DNA from: a virus
Lineage: Duplodnaviria; Caudoviricetes
Direction: 5' to 3' (one strand)
Length of the DNA: 64,000 nt
Virus record (IMG/VR): IMGVR_UViG_3300021431_002979
Location: 1,649-65,648 of that record
A program made the translations under genes and the position numbers. Below, piece by piece: positions 27,299-38,155 of this stretch. The stretch's first letter is position 1; each line of letters begins with the position of its first letter. The notes under the pieces were generated by a model, which made no database searches, was not told the origin of the DNA, and saw nothing but the letters and a program-made list of their open reading frames with translations.

Positions 27299-27958
27299 TC
27301 AACAATCTGTCAACAGTTCTTTTTGTTTTTTGATAGTATTTTCTGTAATATTTATAAGAATTTTTGCTTCTTTAGCATTACGCTGTTTTAATTCACGGTC
27401 TAACTTCTTAAAAATTGACTGTACATATTCATATTGTTCGTCAAACTTGTCAACATGATTTTCCAACACAAACCGCAAATAATTCCTCAAAGCTATAGAA
27501 CACACGAAGTTTATTTCTTGTAAAGTCATAGTTTTTTCAACTTCATTATTTGCTTCATTCAATGCCATTTTAAGAGCATTAAACCGATTATCGCCCTCAA
27601 ACTCTATATTGAATTTATGTTGCAAGGAATCACAAGCGTCACTAGCCGTATCAAGGTTATAATATAGTTCCTCGAAACGAACTATATCACCACCTTTTTT
27701 ACAACCAAAACAATACCAAGAAGTATGGTCTTGTGGTTTACCATCCTCACCTTTGAATCCTTCGGGATATATTCTCAGGGATTCCGTTTTCTCATTATGA
27801 AACGGACACAATGCAGTATAAATATTACCAACCTTTTTAACTTTTAAAAGACTTTTAATATATTCAACGCCGTCAATATTTTGATTTATAAAATTACGAC
27901 GTAATTTAAGCCGTTCATATTCTTCATTTGACATTCGTTTGCTCATATTGCTTCCCAC
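27299..27958 (-). CDS. Primase CHC2 zinc-binding domain protein lacking TOPRIM
   Basis: CPFHNEKTESL..WYCFGCKKGGD; the rest is a short helical region without an EG/DxD TOPRIM. Confidence 0.8.
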   Translation of the reverse strand: MGSNMSKRMSNEEYERLKLRRNFINQNIDGVEYIKSLLKVKKVGNIYTALCPFHNEKTESLRIYPEGFKGEDGKPQDHTSWYCFGCKKGGDIVRFEELYYNLDTASDACDSLQHKFNIEFEGDNRFNALKMALNEANNEVEKTMTLQEINFVCSIALRNYLRFVLENHVDKFDEQYEYVQSIFKKLDRELKQRNAKEAKILINITENTIKKQKELLTDC

Positions 27959-29298
27959 TCAGACTCGTCAATCTCTATCATTTGCATTTTATCATAGTTT
28001 TTCTGAATATGAAAACTAAATGTACTACCGTCACGAGTTTTTGAAGATTCTACCAACGCCGTATCTTCGTCTAAAGAACGCACAACAAATACATTATCAG
28101 CATGGTCAGCAATTTGGTCTGAACCCGCAATGCCGTCAGTATCAGCATGACCATTCTTCTGTTCCATATCTTTTTTACCACTACGGTTTAACTGTACCGC
28201 AGTTATCAATATTTTCTTTTGTTCACGAGCAAAACGTTTTAAATCAAGTGCAATCGCACCTAAATCATCACGAACAACGCCTGTAGGGGTATTAGAACTC
28301 ATGATACCAAGATAATCAACAATAACACAATTGTAAATTACTCCTGTTTTTTTCTCAATTTCCTCAGTTTTAGAGGCGATAAATGCAGGTGTGACACTCT
28401 GAGGACAATCGACAATATATACAGAACCGACTTTATTACCGAATAAATCTTCTTGTTTTGCCAAGCAATTAATATATTTCTCGAAAACTTTTTCTTCTTC
28501 CTCAGTCAAGCTACCGCTTTTTAAACCTTTACTGCTAACCAAAGCCGCTCTTGCGTCCCAACGACGTTCATACTGCTCTTTATCAATTTCCAAAGAATAG
28601 AATAGAACATTAAATCCCTGCTTCCAAAGAGCATGTCCTAAATTTAGAAGCATTACAGATTTACCGTCACCTTTACGACCACAAACAATATTTTCAGAAC
28701 CATAGCCCCAACCAACAATTGATTCATCAATATGTTTAAATCCTGTTTTAACAAGATTTGCGTCTTCGGGATGTTCCTTCAAATGTTTATACTTAGCCAA
28801 ACGGTCTTGAGAATCACCTTCTACAGTACCTTCTTTTTCCACGTCATAATCTGTACTGTTAATGTCAACCAAAACTTTTTGTACAGTATTCTGCAGTTCT
28901 ACTAAATCGTCCTCGGAACAAATATTAGGATTAACATTAATAACTTTCTCAGCTATAGACAACATTTTTCTACGTTTGTAGTCTTCTATAATTTGTTCCT
29001 GTACCGCTTCAAAATTAGCTTCGTCAGTTACAGTCATAGATTTGGCACTAGAAACCAATGTCTGTAAACGAATAATCTCGTCCTCACTAAGATTTCTCTT
29101 ACGAAACTGTTGTTCTAATGTAGCGTCGTCAATAACGCCACGGTATTTATTATAAAAACCTACAATTAATCCGTACAGATTTTTGGTTTCTGTTAAATAA
29201 CTCCTGTTTATTCGAGCAAGAGCTTTTGCAATATATGATTTATCAGAAAAAAGATAAGCCAAAAATCTTTTCTCTGCTTCTAATGCATTATTTGCCAC
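27943..29298 (-). CDS. dnaB: Replicative DnaB-like helicase
   Basis: VKTGFKHID, Walker A GRKGDGKS, YSLE, IVDYLG, AVQLNR, GSDQIADHAD, KTRDG. Confidence 0.85.
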   Translation of the reverse strand: MANNALEAEKRFLAYLFSDKSYIAKALARINRSYLTETKNLYGLIVGFYNKYRGVIDDATLEQQFRKRNLSEDEIIRLQTLVSSAKSMTVTDEANFEAVQEQIIEDYKRRKMLSIAEKVINVNPNICSEDDLVELQNTVQKVLVDINSTDYDVEKEGTVEGDSQDRLAKYKHLKEHPEDANLVKTGFKHIDESIVGWGYGSENIVCGRKGDGKSVMLLNLGHALWKQGFNVLFYSLEIDKEQYERRWDARAALVSSKGLKSGSLTEEEEKVFEKYINCLAKQEDLFGNKVGSVYIVDCPQSVTPAFIASKTEEIEKKTGVIYNCVIVDYLGIMSSNTPTGVVRDDLGAIALDLKRFAREQKKILITAVQLNRSGKKDMEQKNGHADTDGIAGSDQIADHADNVFVVRSLDEDTALVESSKTRDGSTFSFHIQKNYDKMQMIEIDESEWEAI

Positions 29299-29312
29299 AA
29301 TTCCCCCACCTT

Positions 29313-30098
29313 TTAAAATTCAAAATCGTCTTCGTCTGTTAATGCTTTAGTTTCTTTCTTAACTCTATAATTGTCGCCTGAGAAATATACGCAAATATTA
29401 TTCTGAGTAAGAAAATCCTTAATATCCTTATTATATTCTGAACCAACCTCGTCCAAATTATAATTTGTGGACACAATTGTAGGTAAAGAAGCATTGTCAC
29501 GTTTACGCAAAATCATTTCCAAAGTTCTTTGTGCAAACTGATTTTCATTTCTGCCCGATTCATTACCAAGATTATCAATAATAAGCAAATCTGTTTTGTA
29601 CAGAAGTGAATTTAAAATATTTTTATCTTCCTTATCAAACTGTTTCTTAATAATATCCTCGAACATCATGAACCCAACAACGAAACAATTACGTCTGTCT
29701 CCTGTATCGGGATTTATTTTACTAGCAATTTCTTTTGCTAGGATACATTCAATCGTTGTCTTGCCCCTACCTTGTGGGCCAAATAAAAACAAACCTTTAC
29801 CTTCATCATAATAATCTATAAAGTTGTCAACATAATCTTTAATATCATTATAATAAGGTTTATCTTCAAGCATAGTCATATTCCATTTAGGATTTAAAAA
29901 CTTCAATGGAACACCGTAATCTACCAACCTTACACATGCTTCTATATCTTTTTTACAACTACAAGGAAAAGACGTACTATCTCCATGCTCGTCAGTCTTG
30001 ACAACAAATCCCTTGCCATGACATTTCGGACACTTCTCCATAATACGTCTTCTCAGTTTTTGTCGTTCTAATTCTAATTCTTCTTTATTTAATAACAT
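29313..30098 (-). CDS. DnaC/IstB-like ATPase (helicase loader)
   Basis: N-terminal CPKC..CSC Zn site, GLFLFGPQGRGKT, LLIIDNLG, PTIVSTN. Confidence 0.82.
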   Translation of the reverse strand: MLLNKEELELERQKLRRRIMEKCPKCHGKGFVVKTDEHGDSTSFPCSCKKDIEACVRLVDYGVPLKFLNPKWNMTMLEDKPYYNDIKDYVDNFIDYYDEGKGLFLFGPQGRGKTTIECILAKEIASKINPDTGDRRNCFVVGFMMFEDIIKKQFDKEDKNILNSLLYKTDLLIIDNLGNESGRNENQFAQRTLEMILRKRDNASLPTIVSTNYNLDEVGSEYNKDIKDFLTQNNICVYFSGDNYRVKKETKALTDEDDFEF

Positions 30099-30177
30099 TT
30101 TCTCGTCTCACTCTCCTTTGTCTTTAGTATATTCAGACAAGGGTAAAACTGTAAAAATCAAAACGACCAATATTCAA

Positions 30178-31425
30178 TTAATACAAACCATAATCTGCAA
30201 GCCAATTATGATATTTATTCATTACCTCACGATATTTATTTGCCTTGGCTTCGTCCCCAATAATCTGCTTGCCCAATTTATTAAATCGGCTATTACGACG
30301 ATTGTTATATACTTCGCCATAAGCAATCATTTCGTCGTCCATTGGCAAATTAATTTTAAACGCCCATTCAAAATAATTGTAATTTTCGTTAAAATCACCA
30401 TTCATAAATTTTTGTTTAAGAATGGCAATGCACTTCGGGCGAATTTCCGTATTAACCTTATCAACAGTCAATTTGCCGTTCACAATTTCCTGAATATTTT
30501 CATTAATTTCTCTTTCCTCAGAATAATTATGTACAGGGTCATCGTTCTTTTTGGCTTGATTAGCATACTTAGCAACTTTGCTATCAAACCAAAGTAAAAC
30601 TTGTACCTTTTCTTTAATCATGCCATTAAGAACATTTTTTACTTGTTCTATAGTAAGATTATTTGCAAGCATAGAGGATTTAATACAATTATATTCCTTC
30701 ATAAAAGATTTAAAGCTAGGCTTTAATCCAATTTTATTATAAAAATAACCTATTAAATATGGAATTGTATCAGGTTCATTCCTCTGCTTGCAAATCTCAA
30801 CAAATTCCATTGCTTCGTCAATTTTATAATTAAGGTTGACAAGTTTATATCCCATTTTTGCCATATACTTAATTACTTTATGAGCTACATCGGGCTGTAA
30901 ATTATATTTGGTATACAACCCTTTAACAATCTGTATCTCAATCATAAAATTGTAGCACTTTGTTTGAACAAGATTATGATATTCTTCTACTAAAGCTTTT
31001 GGTCTGTCGTTAACATTCAAAGACTCCATTTTGTCTTTTTCAAGACGCTTGCGAATATCTCTTTCTTCTTGAAGTTCAGCCAACCGTTTTAAGTCAGCTT
31101 CGTGACGAGCAAGTTTACGCTGTTCTATCGCTTGCCGTTTAGCGTAGTCACGTTCCTCTTTTTCTTTGCGAACATCTGTACGAATTTTCTCTAACAAATT
31201 ACCTTTGTTCACACAAGAAAATTCTTCCGTTGCATTGTCAAAATAAGATTGATATTTTTCCACATAAGAATTAAGGTCTTTGCATTTTATATGTAACTGT
31301 TCATATACATATGCCAACAACTGATGTTTACAATCAGTCGATTTTACTATATGGTTTTTCATCACAATTGCAGATTTAAATTCTTGCCCACACAATCTGC
31401 AAGTAGAATCATTATTCTGACCCAT
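30178..31425 (-). CDS. Hypothetical replication-region protein with N-terminal Zn finger
   Basis: CRLC..H..H N-terminus; repeated DnaD-like short helical segments; lies between the SF2 helicase and the loader. Confidence 0.5.
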   Translation of the reverse strand: MGQNNDSTCRLCGQEFKSAIVMKNHIVKSTDCKHQLLAYVYEQLHIKCKDLNSYVEKYQSYFDNATEEFSCVNKGNLLEKIRTDVRKEKEERDYAKRQAIEQRKLARHEADLKRLAELQEERDIRKRLEKDKMESLNVNDRPKALVEEYHNLVQTKCYNFMIEIQIVKGLYTKYNLQPDVAHKVIKYMAKMGYKLVNLNYKIDEAMEFVEICKQRNEPDTIPYLIGYFYNKIGLKPSFKSFMKEYNCIKSSMLANNLTIEQVKNVLNGMIKEKVQVLLWFDSKVAKYANQAKKNDDPVHNYSEEREINENIQEIVNGKLTVDKVNTEIRPKCIAILKQKFMNGDFNENYNYFEWAFKINLPMDDEMIAYGEVYNNRRNSRFNKLGKQIIGDEAKANKYREVMNKYHNWLADYGLY

Positions 31426-31448
31426 ACATATTCTCCCTTCCTCAAATT

Positions 31449-32942
31449 TTATGTATCGGGATTTACTACAAACTTTCTAATATCCCACAATGGTTCTGTT
31501 TCATAATATTTCTGTCTTGTTCTCGAATGTCGTCTCAACATTGGAGTGTAATCAATAAAATCAAACACAATAGCTTTCTCTTTACCCTCTGCAAGTCTTA
31601 AAACACGACCTACTCTTTGGAAAGCTCTTGTAGAAGATTTTCCCCCACCTGCAAGAATTAACGTATCGAGAATTGGCAAATCCAAACCTTCATCTGCAAT
31701 AGTAGAAGCAATAAGACAACGACAAATACCTTGCTTTACAGCTTCAAATACTGCAGTTCTACGCAAAGCGTCGTCATTACCTGACAACATTTCAACATTA
31801 CGAACTCTTACAGTAGTTTCTTTACCATTCTTTGGATTAATTACTCTGATAGGAGTAACTTCTTCACCCAAACGGTCAAGCAACTGTTTCTGCATTTCTT
31901 CACCATGTTTAATCGTCTTAAACAAAATTAAGATATGCTTATTACGAATATACATCTGCTCAGTAATTTTGTAAATGATACGATTTCTATAGTCATTATT
32001 GACAATAGCTTGATTATAAATATCATTATAATTTTTACCCTTAAACACTTGCTTAATTGGCACAAAACAAATATCAGGTTTAACCAAATAACCCAACTCA
32101 ATGAGCTTACTAGCATTAATGTTGGTTTCATTATGACGCTTTGCCAAGCAAGCCTCAATAAGCATTTCATCTCCTGCGTCTCTCCAAGGAGTTGCAGAAA
32201 CACCAACCCTGTAATATGCCTGTGTACATTGATTTGCTACTTCGGTGCAAGTCGCTGCTGGAACATGATGACACTCATCAAACAAAATCATTTTTGCTTT
32301 CTCAACATACTCTTGCTCCGCAGACTGTAAAGAAATAACCGTAATATCTTTGTATTCCTTTAACCCGTCACCAACAATACCGACTTCAACGCCAAGGAAC
32401 TTTTCAATTTCCTGTTTCAACTGCATACACAAACCGATTTTATCAGCAAAAATACATACAGGTTTAACATTAAATTTGGCAATTGTAGCTGCCATCATTA
32501 ATGTTTTTCCCGCCCCTGTCGCCGCTTGAATTACTTCTCGCTCACGACAATTATCAACGATTTCCTGCTGATATGGTCTTAACTTTAACGGAATAGTTTT
32601 CTCGTCATCAATAAATTCTACCAATTTAAAATCAGCATTGCTCTCAGGTTTTACTCGATTATCATTAAGCACATACTCCAAATCATTATTTTCCAAGAAC
32701 TCAATTACATAATCCAACAAACCTGCATAAGTTTTTTTGGTTTTACGGTTATACAAGTGTCTATACCGAACTTCTTGCATACCATATATCTGTATCTGAA
32801 AACACAGTATGTTCCAAAGTTTTACTTCGTCTTCTTTTTCCATACCTGTAATTTTCAAATATACATTATCCAAATCTAATTGAATAGACACAAATTTCAC
32901 CTCAATACAAATCACCCTTAAATTCATAAGGGGTTTTACCAA
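31449..32942 (-). CDS. Superfamily II DNA helicase (UvsW/Rad25-like)
   Basis: LRPYQ, ATGAGKT, FDECHH, GVSATP, ADEGLDLP, QRVGRVLR. Confidence 0.9.
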   Translation of the reverse strand: MVKPLMNLRVICIEVKFVSIQLDLDNVYLKITGMEKEDEVKLWNILCFQIQIYGMQEVRYRHLYNRKTKKTYAGLLDYVIEFLENNDLEYVLNDNRVKPESNADFKLVEFIDDEKTIPLKLRPYQQEIVDNCREREVIQAATGAGKTLMMAATIAKFNVKPVCIFADKIGLCMQLKQEIEKFLGVEVGIVGDGLKEYKDITVISLQSAEQEYVEKAKMILFDECHHVPAATCTEVANQCTQAYYRVGVSATPWRDAGDEMLIEACLAKRHNETNINASKLIELGYLVKPDICFVPIKQVFKGKNYNDIYNQAIVNNDYRNRIIYKITEQMYIRNKHILILFKTIKHGEEMQKQLLDRLGEEVTPIRVINPKNGKETTVRVRNVEMLSGNDDALRRTAVFEAVKQGICRCLIASTIADEGLDLPILDTLILAGGGKSSTRAFQRVGRVLRLAEGKEKAIVFDFIDYTPMLRRHSRTRQKYYETEPLWDIRKFVVNPDT

Positions 32943-33300
32943 TAGTTCTAGTAGTAGTTTCTATATTTACCACAGAATCTAAATAATCAATTATCTTTTT
33001 TATTTCTTCCCTATTTAAAGTATTACGTTCCCATTTATGCTCATATAAAGCACACAATACGTCACGTAACTGCCGAAGATTATATAGTCTTGTCCCCGAC
33101 ACAATATCTGTCTTTGGTATAATTTTCAAATCTTCCCATTTACGAATTGTAGAAGAAGTTTTTCCCAACAGCTTCGCCAATTCTGTAATGGTAATATCTG
33201 TATTTGATAAGATTTTATCATAAACTTTCTTTTTAGCTTGTACTAATTTTTCTTCGTCACTTAGCTTTCTTCTTGGCATAACAATTCCTCTCTTAATCAT
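32902..33300 (-). CDS. MerR-type HTH DNA-binding protein
   Basis: ITITELAKLLGKTSSTIRKWEDLKIIP..GTRLYN. Confidence 0.75.
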   Translation of the reverse strand: MIKRGIVMPRRKLSDEEKLVQAKKKVYDKILSNTDITITELAKLLGKTSSTIRKWEDLKIIPKTDIVSGTRLYNLRQLRDVLCALYEHKWERNTLNREEIKKIIDYLDSVVNIETTTRTIGKTPYEFKGDLY

Positions 33301-33303
33301 ACA

Positions 33304-33332
33304 AATGAGCCAAGAGGTATTCTTGGCTCATT
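33304..33332 (-). terminator. Hairpin/terminator after the PC4-like gene
   Basis: AATGAGCCAAGA/TCTTGGCTCATT. Confidence 0.6.
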
Positions 33333-33342
33333 CTTGTACCTT

Positions 33343-33600
33343 TTAAAAGAACTTCTTGCATTCTTCAAAGTAATCATTAAAGGCTTTCTGATACTTGTCA
33401 ATATCCTCTACAGTATTGAGCTGAAGCATCATACCATTACGGGTAGGACCATCATAGGTATCGGTGTGAGTGAACTCACGAACACTTGCACGAAGAAGCC
33501 CGCTCTTTTTGTTTTCAAGCAGAGAGAACTTAATCTCCTTAGTATCGCCGTTCTTGATTACATTTTCATATAATGCGTTGTTGTTGTCCTGAAAAGCCAT
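33343..33600 (-). CDS. PC4/YdbC-like ssDNA-binding protein
   Basis: SVREFTHTDTYDGPTRNGMML resembles PC4 IRE..GP.KKGI; start likely MAFQD at 33600 behind GAGGAGG. Confidence 0.55.
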   Translation of the reverse strand: MAFQDNNNALYENVIKNGDTKEIKFSLLENKKSGLLRASVREFTHTDTYDGPTRNGMMLQLNTVEDIDKYQKAFNDYFEECKKFF

Positions 33601-33654
33601 TTTTTGTTTCCTCCTCAAAAATTAATAAGTGCAGAGAATTTTTTCTCCACACTT

Positions 33655-33683
33655 ATTATATCAAATTCTTATTTCTTAGTCAA
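33655..33683 (-). promoter_or_regulatory. sigmaA promoter heading the replication operon
   Basis: TTGACT, 17 nt spacer, TATAAT. Confidence 0.8.
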
Positions 33684-33701
33684 TTAGTACCTTAAAATTT
33701 T

Positions 33702-36700
33702 TTATCGAATACTTGTTGGGCGACCTTCTATACGATATAAATCACCATACTCAGGATGTAAATTGTTTGTAATGGTGTCCACTTTATCATAATTACCAAC
33801 AATAAACACCATTAGCTCACCTGTTTCAGTCACTACAATACAATATGCACCAAGATATTTCTTAATCTGATTTACACAATCAGAGAAATACATATTGAAA
33901 TCTACATTGTCAAACTTAATCTTACCGTCCTGATAATTACTACAATTTTTTCTTACTTTATATTCAGTAATAAGATTGCAGAAGTCTACACCGTCTTTTA
34001 AAGCATATTCATTGATAAATACCAATTTTTTATTAATATCTGCCAATGCACCGCCCATAGTGTTTTGAACATATTGCAAAACAATATCTTCATTATCTAC
34101 AACATAACCTTCAGACAACCCGCCTGGTAGATTATTAACAATATTCAACTTAATTGCTTCACTAGGGTCTTTACCTGTACCCAATGTAGAAATAAAGTAT
34201 CTCCAATCAGTGATACGTTTTACTGTCTGAGTGCTACTATCCATTACGCCCTGATAAGGAATGTAATTGTACCAAATAGATAACAATTCATCCTTCAAAG
34301 GCTGATATGTTGTCATAATTGGTATTTCGATTGTATATCCTTCAGGCAAAATTGTACCCAAATTAATTGTAATAAATGGAGTACCAAAACCTGTTACAGT
34401 AACTTCACGAGTATTAAATCTATGTCTATCCTCGTCTACCTCACCGTACTCATTATAGAAAACCATAGTATCTTCATAGCATTGGAAATGTTTTTCGCCT
34501 TGCTTATCCACAAAAGTAAATGCAGATACCAAAATACCACCATGCATAACCTCGTCAGAATTAGACATACAAGGAACAGTAAACGTACTATTTTTACCGT
34601 CTGTACTAATCTGCAAAACTTTACATTGACACATATTAGTCATAATGGTTTTTGAATTTAAATCATAGTCAAATGAGAAACCTGCTGTTGCCAATTCAAA
34701 AGTAATTGTTTCGCCAACCAAAAGAGGTTCTTTCAAATGTACAGTAATATACTGTTCAGGTTCGTCAGGAATTTCAGAAGGAGTACGATATACTTTGTCG
34801 ATTTCTCCAATAGAGCTACAACCAACAACACCGATAACCTGATAACCATACAATTCCATAGGAATTTGATACTCAATTGTACCATTACCCGACATATTAT
34901 AATAAAGAAGTCTAGCATAGCACTGATTTTCAGTACGTACCTTATTGGACACGTCGTATGCCTTATCTTCCTCACCGTTTACCTTACGTGGTTTTAACAG
35001 GTTAACTTGTCGTGGATAATCACCTTCAGCATTAAATGATACCTCTTGTGCAATATTCAGCTTGTAATCAAAATTAACAGCCTCGTCGTCATACTTCATC
35101 CAAGCAGCATTCAAGATTTCAGTTGGTATATCTTGTCCACCACAACCTGCATTTAGTTCCAAAGTAAATTCAACAATAATCTTTCTAATAGAAGAAAATG
35201 CTGTCGTAAAGATAATCTTTGCTTCTGTACCACGATTTTCTACAGAATAATTAGACAATGTGTATAACTTATGAGTTTCATAATTATATACCTTATCAAT
35301 GCTAACAATCTTTTTGTCTGAAGATACAGACAATTCAAAGGTTTTGCCTGTGCTTGTTTCTGCACTAGGGTTTAATTCTGTAGTAACCTGTGTTTGAGTA
35401 TATGGATTGTCGCCATAATTATTAACATAGCCGTTAAATGAAGGTAACAATAAAGTATCTGAATAAGTAAAATCATAAGGGAGCATTGGGAAAAATGAAT
35501 TTTTAGCATAGCCATAATCAGTACCTTGCATAGCCAAAATTTCAAAATTCTTATTATATCCAATAAATTGTTCAATTAAGAATCCTTTATCTGTATTACA
35601 AGTACCGCCAATAGTTAAATAATTTGCTACCAACTTACACGGAGAAATTTCAGACTGTGCAACAATTTGACCATTAATGTACAAATAAATCATACCATTC
35701 AAAGGCATAGGCTTATTTGTCCAAGAAATACGCATATGATAATACTGATGGGATTTCAAAAGTGTTGTTGACAAATTAACAACTGCTTCTGATACGCCAC
35801 TTTGCAAAATATCATTATAATGAGTAAGGATTAAATTCATTCCTTTTTTCTCAAATTTTAAAATTGGAGTATTAGACGTACTCTTTAAAGTAAAGATTTC
35901 CTGATTTACTTCATCGTCACTGCCGTTCCAAAATGGCATAAAATAGAAATCTATTGTACCATTATCTCTATTCATTAACGGAGCATCTACGTCTTTACGA
36001 ATGTTATATGTTAATTCCAAACTATTTTTAATTACTGCACCAAAACCGCAAATGGAATCTTGATATTCTACTTGTGGGTGTTCATTAATAATAGGGTCGC
36101 CATTATAACTACCTACCACAGGCAAAACGCTCTTTTCAAAAGGAATTACAAGCGTTGCATTTTCTACCTCTTGATATGGCATCATTTTGTTACCAAACTG
36201 AACTCTACGCATTTGCTTAGTTTGTTTTGTCTGTAAAGTGTTTGAAAACAACTTGCGTACAGTATCGTCAGCAAATGAATTCTCATTATAATCCGCAAAT
36301 TGTACAGATTTTCTTAAATCCATTACGTCGTTTACATCAATAACGTCATAAGCTAATCTGTCAGGTCTAAATCCACCAAGCAAATCACCTTTTAACGAAC
36401 TATTGTTTGCAATAATCATTTCATTATAAGAAGAAGAACCGTTGAAATTCTCCAAGCTGTATTTAGTCTTATTACGTCTACGAATTCTAAACATAGGCAA
36501 AGCATAAACATACTTACCATATAAAGTAGACGAATCTATTTCATAGGTTGGTCTTCCCGCTACATACAAATTCTTGTCGTAATGGAATGGTTCAGCTCTA
36601 AATAAATCATTTGTAGCTTCACAGAAACTAATATTTACATTGTCTTCGCTACCAAGCTGACCATTAGCCTTTGCAAATACATGTGAATAATGGAAAATAT

Positions 36701-37289
36701 CTTGGTAGCCCAAACCTTCGGGATATAAAGGGAAATTACATTCACTCTTTGCTCGTACAGTCCAACACAATGAAATACGTCTTGAAGTTTCTTCTCCAAC
36801 ACGGTCATCTTTTGCAGGAGTACCAATTACGTCACCATCAACATAACCATATTTTAATGCAGAATCAGTACCTTTAGTCGTTTCAAACCAAACTTCCAAA
36901 TATACCAAAGTATCATTCAAAGAATTTTTGGTTGTTTCTCCCAAATCTACCAAAATATAATTATCTATCTTATTATAAGTAAAATTGCCTTGACCATTTA
37001 CTTCATAACCTGCAATATTAGCTCTAAACGGAGCAATAGCGATTTTATTAACTAAAGTCAAACCATTCTCAGTTGGATTATAGATAATTGGTTCTCCTTG
37101 GAATTCTTTTTGGACTATCTCAGTAAATCCGCTATATATATGTTTTCTAATCAAATCAATTCGTGCATTTTCCTGTAACTCTTGAATTTCATTCAATTCA
37201 GTTTCAAGTATCGGATTATCATGACCGAACTGCACTCTTTGATAACTAGACCGTTTATCATAATTTGAAAAACGTTCAAATTTATCCAC
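33702..37289 (-). CDS. Large virion structural (baseplate/tail) protein with LamG-like domain
   Basis: N-terminal FGHDNPILETELNEIQ (DUF4815-like); central GTIDFYF..YYHMRISW..LYING LamG-like segment; likely GTG start at 37289 behind GGAGG. Confidence 0.6.
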   Translation of the reverse strand: MDKFERFSNYDKRSSYQRVQFGHDNPILETELNEIQELQENARIDLIRKHIYSGFTEIVQKEFQGEPIIYNPTENGLTLVNKIAIAPFRANIAGYEVNGQGNFTYNKIDNYILVDLGETTKNSLNDTLVYLEVWFETTKGTDSALKYGYVDGDVIGTPAKDDRVGEETSRRISLCWTVRAKSECNFPLYPEGLGYQDIFHYSHVFAKANGQLGSEDNVNISFCEATNDLFRAEPFHYDKNLYVAGRPTYEIDSSTLYGKYVYALPMFRIRRRNKTKYSLENFNGSSSYNEMIIANNSSLKGDLLGGFRPDRLAYDVIDVNDVMDLRKSVQFADYNENSFADDTVRKLFSNTLQTKQTKQMRRVQFGNKMMPYQEVENATLVIPFEKSVLPVVGSYNGDPIINEHPQVEYQDSICGFGAVIKNSLELTYNIRKDVDAPLMNRDNGTIDFYFMPFWNGSDDEVNQEIFTLKSTSNTPILKFEKKGMNLILTHYNDILQSGVSEAVVNLSTTLLKSHQYYHMRISWTNKPMPLNGMIYLYINGQIVAQSEISPCKLVANYLTIGGTCNTDKGFLIEQFIGYNKNFEILAMQGTDYGYAKNSFFPMLPYDFTYSDTLLLPSFNGYVNNYGDNPYTQTQVTTELNPSAETSTGKTFELSVSSDKKIVSIDKVYNYETHKLYTLSNYSVENRGTEAKIIFTTAFSSIRKIIVEFTLELNAGCGGQDIPTEILNAAWMKYDDEAVNFDYKLNIAQEVSFNAEGDYPRQVNLLKPRKVNGEEDKAYDVSNKVRTENQCYARLLYYNMSGNGTIEYQIPMELYGYQVIGVVGCSSIGEIDKVYRTPSEIPDEPEQYITVHLKEPLLVGETITFELATAGFSFDYDLNSKTIMTNMCQCKVLQISTDGKNSTFTVPCMSNSDEVMHGGILVSAFTFVDKQGEKHFQCYEDTMVFYNEYGEVDEDRHRFNTREVTVTGFGTPFITINLGTILPEGYTIEIPIMTTYQPLKDELLSIWYNYIPYQGVMDSSTQTVKRITDWRYFISTLGTGKDPSEAIKLNIVNNLPGGLSEGYVVDNEDIVLQYVQNTMGGALADINKKLVFINEYALKDGVDFCNLITEYKVRKNCSNYQDGKIKFDNVDFNMYFSDCVNQIKKYLGAYCIVVTETGELMVFIVGNYDKVDTITNNLHPEYGDLYRIEGRPTSIR

Positions 37290-37442
37290 GAGGATTCCTC
37301 CTTTTTTTTCTTCTAAATATAACATATAACTGTTGCCACAAAAAATCCCCACACAAAAAGAAATCTAATTTTACGTTATATAAATTTTTCTACATTATAT
37401 TATATTAATGAATTTAATTTTAAAATAAGGAAGGTTACATAT

Positions 37443-38153
37443 ATGGCTCAACAATTATATTTAAAAGTTTTTTTAACCAACCTTGGTAAATACAACGAAG
37501 GTGAATTGGTTGGTAATTGGGTAGATGTAGAGGACGCTGATTGGGACGAAGAACTTAAAAAAATCGGTATCTCTGACGAACCCGACAAAGACGGAAATAT
37601 TTACGAAGAATATTTTATTACAGATTATGAAACTAATATTGAAGGTCTTGCTTCTGAGTTAGGCGAATATCCTAGTCTTGATTTATTAGCTGAAATTGGT
37701 GATAATTTATCAGATATTAACAGAGACGACCCTAACAAATTTGAAGCTGTTGTTGAAAGCGGTTTTGCGGGTTCTATTAAAGACGCAATCGCAAATTATG
37801 ATGATTATTTTTATATTGACGACGTACATTCAGACAGCGATTTAGGGTATGCTTATTTTCATGACATTTTAGGTGACGACATTTCACAAGTTGCTAATGC
37901 AGATAATTACTTTGATTATGAAGCTTATGGTCGTGACGTTGCACTTGAAAGCCCTGATTATATTGACGAAATGTATGGTGAAGATGACGCACCTGACGAT
38001 TACACCATTGGTAGTGATTTGGTTGACAGCATTGGCGGTTTAGAATATTTATCCAAAGACGCTAAAGAACAATATTTCGATTTTGACCAATTCGGCAGAG
38101 ATTTGTCTTTTGACGGTACATTTGCAGGCAATGGGTTTTTATTCAATCAATAA
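37443..38153 (+). CDS. ardA: Antirestriction protein ArdA (acidic DNA mimic)
   Basis: FLTNLGKYNEGELVGNW, EEYFITDYE, LGEY.SL..L, YFDYEAYGRD and YFDFDQFGRDL; very acidic. Confidence 0.9.
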   Translation: MAQQLYLKVFLTNLGKYNEGELVGNWVDVEDADWDEELKKIGISDEPDKDGNIYEEYFITDYETNIEGLASELGEYPSLDLLAEIGDNLSDINRDDPNKFEAVVESGFAGSIKDAIANYDDYFYIDDVHSDSDLGYAYFHDILGDDISQVANADNYFDYEAYGRDVALESPDYIDEMYGEDDAPDDYTIGSDLVDSIGGLEYLSKDAKEQYFDFDQFGRDLSFDGTFAGNGFLFNQ

Positions 38154-38155
38154 TT

